Source: Sedimentisphaerales bacterium (lineage in GTDB: Bacteria; Planctomycetota; Phycisphaerae; Sedimentisphaerales; SM23-30). From it: DNA of 64,000 nt. The notes below the pieces were generated by a model, which did not search any database, was not told the origin of the DNA, and was given only the letters and a program-made list of their open reading frames with translations. The translations under genes and the position numbers were made by a program. The stretch is taken from the NCBI GenBank assembly GCA_963663965.2, contig CAXXFK010000030.1, positions 96,001-160,000 of the forward strand, given 5' to 3'. This document shows positions 61,995 to 64,000 of the stretch, piece by piece. Every line of letters begins with the position of its first letter. The stretch's first letter is position 1.

Positions 61995-63460
61995 ATGCCA
62001 CGAGCTAGACGCAAAAGTTATGGCGGTTATCTTTACTATATGTTTAACCGGGCGAATGGCCGGCTGTGGATTTTTCGCAAGGCCGGCGATTTTGCGGCGT
62101 TTGAGGCTATACCCGGCCAGGGCCAGGAGCGGACGGGGAGAGGATGAGGCGTATTTGAATTGCCGAGGGGGTTGGGGAAAGGCGGGAGATAAGGGTTGAG
62201 CATATAACGGCCGGTTTATCCGCAGATGATGCAGATAAAAATTAGTTAAGATATTGAAATATAAGAAGATATAACCACGGAAAAACGCGGAAAGACACGG
62301 AAGAAAAGCAGGTGGCTGCGCCACGATTTAAATGGGTTATTACCACAGAGGTCAGGAGGGCACAGAGGATGAGGAGCAGGGAAGAGTAAAAGCTTTTTAG
62401 ACAGGATCACAGGATTGACAGGATTTAAGAAAAGAGGGTTGGGAAAATATAATGGCAGGGTTAACCGCAGATGGACTTAGGGCGGTCAAGCCGCAACGCC
62501 AAAAACAGCTCACACCAAGCCCCAGAAAAACAGCCGGTTTAACGCAAAGACGCTAAGGTGCAAAGGGTGGGCAACGGCTGGGAGAGTCAATAGTTGACGG
62601 AAGGCGCAAAGTGATATAAGTTTTTGTTTTAAAAGATCAGCTATTCTCCAACACAACAAACTTCGCTAAAATAACAAAGAATTGAAGGATTGTAGTACGG
62701 AAGGAAATATCATACATTTTCACCGTATAGTAAGTGAAGGGAGTCCCGATGAATATCGGGATAAATTCCGGAACGGCCGAAGAGATGAAAAAAGCACGCT
62801 GAAGCGAACTCCGAACGGGCCGGGAACTGGCAGCCCGCCTGAGGCGGATCTTCGACCCTTCGGGCTTCACTGATGTGAATGTGGGTTTATTGATATTGTG
62901 AGATTGATGGGATTGCAGGCCGAGGAAAAGGGAGGAGATGAGAATTGAAAAAAAGATAACTGGGGGTGATGGGCGATTGCGGGGGAGGGCAACCACGGGG
63001 GGTTGCCCGTACGTGGGGGATAAAGATACGGTATAGGGCATATTTATCAGGGGCGATTTAAGAGCTTTCCGATTCAGGGGCAGATATCGGGAACCTCTAA
63101 AAATTCATTCAGGGCTGCAAGCGGTCTGGTTCTCCTCTGGACGGCGTCACAAAAAAACCGTGAATATTGTCAAATAGGCCCGGTTCTTTGTTCCTTGCCA
63201 GAGAAAGACCATCCTCGCTTTCGCCTCTAAAGCAATTTTTAGAGATACCCTATATTATGTGACGGCGATGCGATATGTCGAAGGCAATCCGTTGCGGGCC
63301 GGACTTGGTGAAGGATGCGGCGGATTGGCCCTGGAGCCGCTATGGCCGGCATGCGGGCGACGCCGGCCGGGATACGCCGATTACCCTGAGCGAGTATAGC
63401 ACGCCTCTGCCGGAAAACTGGGTTAGACTGGTTCATGCTAAACTCGACGGGTTGGGTTGA
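61995..63460 (+). pseudogene. Fragmented RAYT copy
   Basis: N-terminus MPRARRKSYGGY (61995-62140), GHIYQGRFKSFPIQGQ (63036-63085) and C-terminal part (63253-63460), all matching the copy at 63519; interrupted by repeats and a MITE. Confidence 0.8.
63089..63250. mobile_element. MITE-like element (162 bp)
   Basis: TIRs GGGAACCTCTAAAAATT / AATTTTTAGAGATACCC (15 of 17 match); inserted at CAGAT|TATTATGTG, which is uninterrupted in the intact copy. Confidence 0.8.
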
Positions 63461-63518
63461 AAGGGGTCAGGAACCATTTAGGTTGACTTGGCGCTGATAC
63501 GGTGCCAGAATGGGATAT

Positions 63519-64000
63519 ATGCCACGAGCGAAACGCAAAAGTTATGGTGGTTATCTTTACCATGTGCTCAACCGGGCGAATGGCCGGCTGCGTATTTTTC
63601 GCAAGGCCGCTGATTTTGCGGCGTTTGAGGCCATACTCGGCCAGGGCCAGGAGCGGACGGGGATGCGGATCTGTGGGTATTGCCTGATGGGCAATCACTG
63701 GCATCTTCTGTTGTGGCCGCGGCATGACGGGGAGCTGTCGGAGTATATGCGATGGGTGACGGTCACGCACACGCAGCGGTATCATGCCGCCCACCGCAGC
63801 GCCGGTACGGGCCATATTTATCAGGGGCGATTCAAGAGCTTTCCGATTCAGGGGCAGATTTATTATGTGACGGCGATGCGATATGTCGAAGGCAATCCGT
63901 TGCGGGCCGGACTGGTGACGGATGCGGCGGATTGGCCCTGGAGCAGCTATGGCCAGCATGTGGGCGGCGCGGGCAGGGAGACCCCGATTACCCTGAGTGA
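63519..64000 (+). CDS. REP-associated tyrosine transposase (RAYT, Y1 HUH), partial at window end
   Basis: Manual translation MPRAKRKSYGGYLYHVLNR...YCLMGNHWHLLL...QGRFKS...RYVEGNPLRAGLV...WPWSSY; upstream TTGACT-17nt-CAGAAT. Confidence 0.9.
   Translation, partial: MPRAKRKSYGGYLYHVLNRANGRLRIFRKAADFAAFEAILGQGQERTGMRICGYCLMGNHWHLLLWPRHDGELSEYMRWVTVTHTQRYHAAHRSAGTGHIYQGRFKSFPIQGQIYYVTAMRYVEGNPLRAGLVTDAADWPWSSYGQHVGGAGRETPITLS

Larger units (their letters stand above)
2444..63012 (-). repeat. Dispersed GTAG/GTAC-type REP palindromes (several classes)
   Basis: Hairpins ending in CTAC or GTAC on +: 2444-2467, 3407-3430, 6118-6141, 8403-8425, 15636-15659, 15916-15944, 17469-17494, 27853-27885, 31848-31873, 52139-52164, 62987-63012. 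Confidence 0.8.

Noticed and set aside
1..64000. tRNA or rRNA genes
   Set aside because: No cloverleaf or rRNA-conserved sequence recognised by eye; tRNAscan-SE/barrnap would be decisive

Overview
Bacterial chromosomal window, probably from a Planctomycetota (Phycisphaerae-like) genome. This is inferred from the DUF502-hpf-ptsN-ptsH-ptsI-DUF2344-rne/rng gene order, the glycosidase content and the repeat style. The + strand is strongly G-rich almost throughout. Core or metabolic genes: a PTS(Ntr)-like cluster with RNase E/G (36-43.5 kb), TOBE-modABC (55-58 kb), GH36-like, CE12, GH51 and GH78 carbohydrate enzymes, a cytochrome c pair and two radical SAM genes. Accessory material: three headless Rhs modules (PLA2-like toxin, a toxin-less stub, Tox-REase-7-like toxin), a low-GC STAND NTPase with a C-terminal nuclease (Avs-like), an IS5-like IS with TIRs and TSD, and an IS110/IS1111 element. 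There is also an intact and a broken RAYT, a MITE, GxxExxY genes and very dense, strand-polarised REP-like repeats. Four observations stand out. (1) A fragmented, host-like phage-derived module at 26-35.8 kb: CI/LexA-like repressor divergent from HTH, soluble ABC ATPase, GNAT, an unknown ORF and a terminase large subunit, with no portal, capsid or integrase. (2) A family of non-palindromic iterated 8-10-mer repeats that flank GxxExxY genes and delimit a ~3.2-kb-periodic cargo array at 5.9-17.7 kb. (3) An IS1111-type element inserted into one of these repeats, with a reconstructable junction promoter and candidate bridge-RNA guide matches. (4) Two serpin-like paralogs that differ in the predicted reactive loop. 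Several single-base frameshifts (19.6-21.8 kb, 26.3 kb, 43.9 kb) may be sequencing or assembly errors. All family assignments come from motif recognition by eye; no searches were run.
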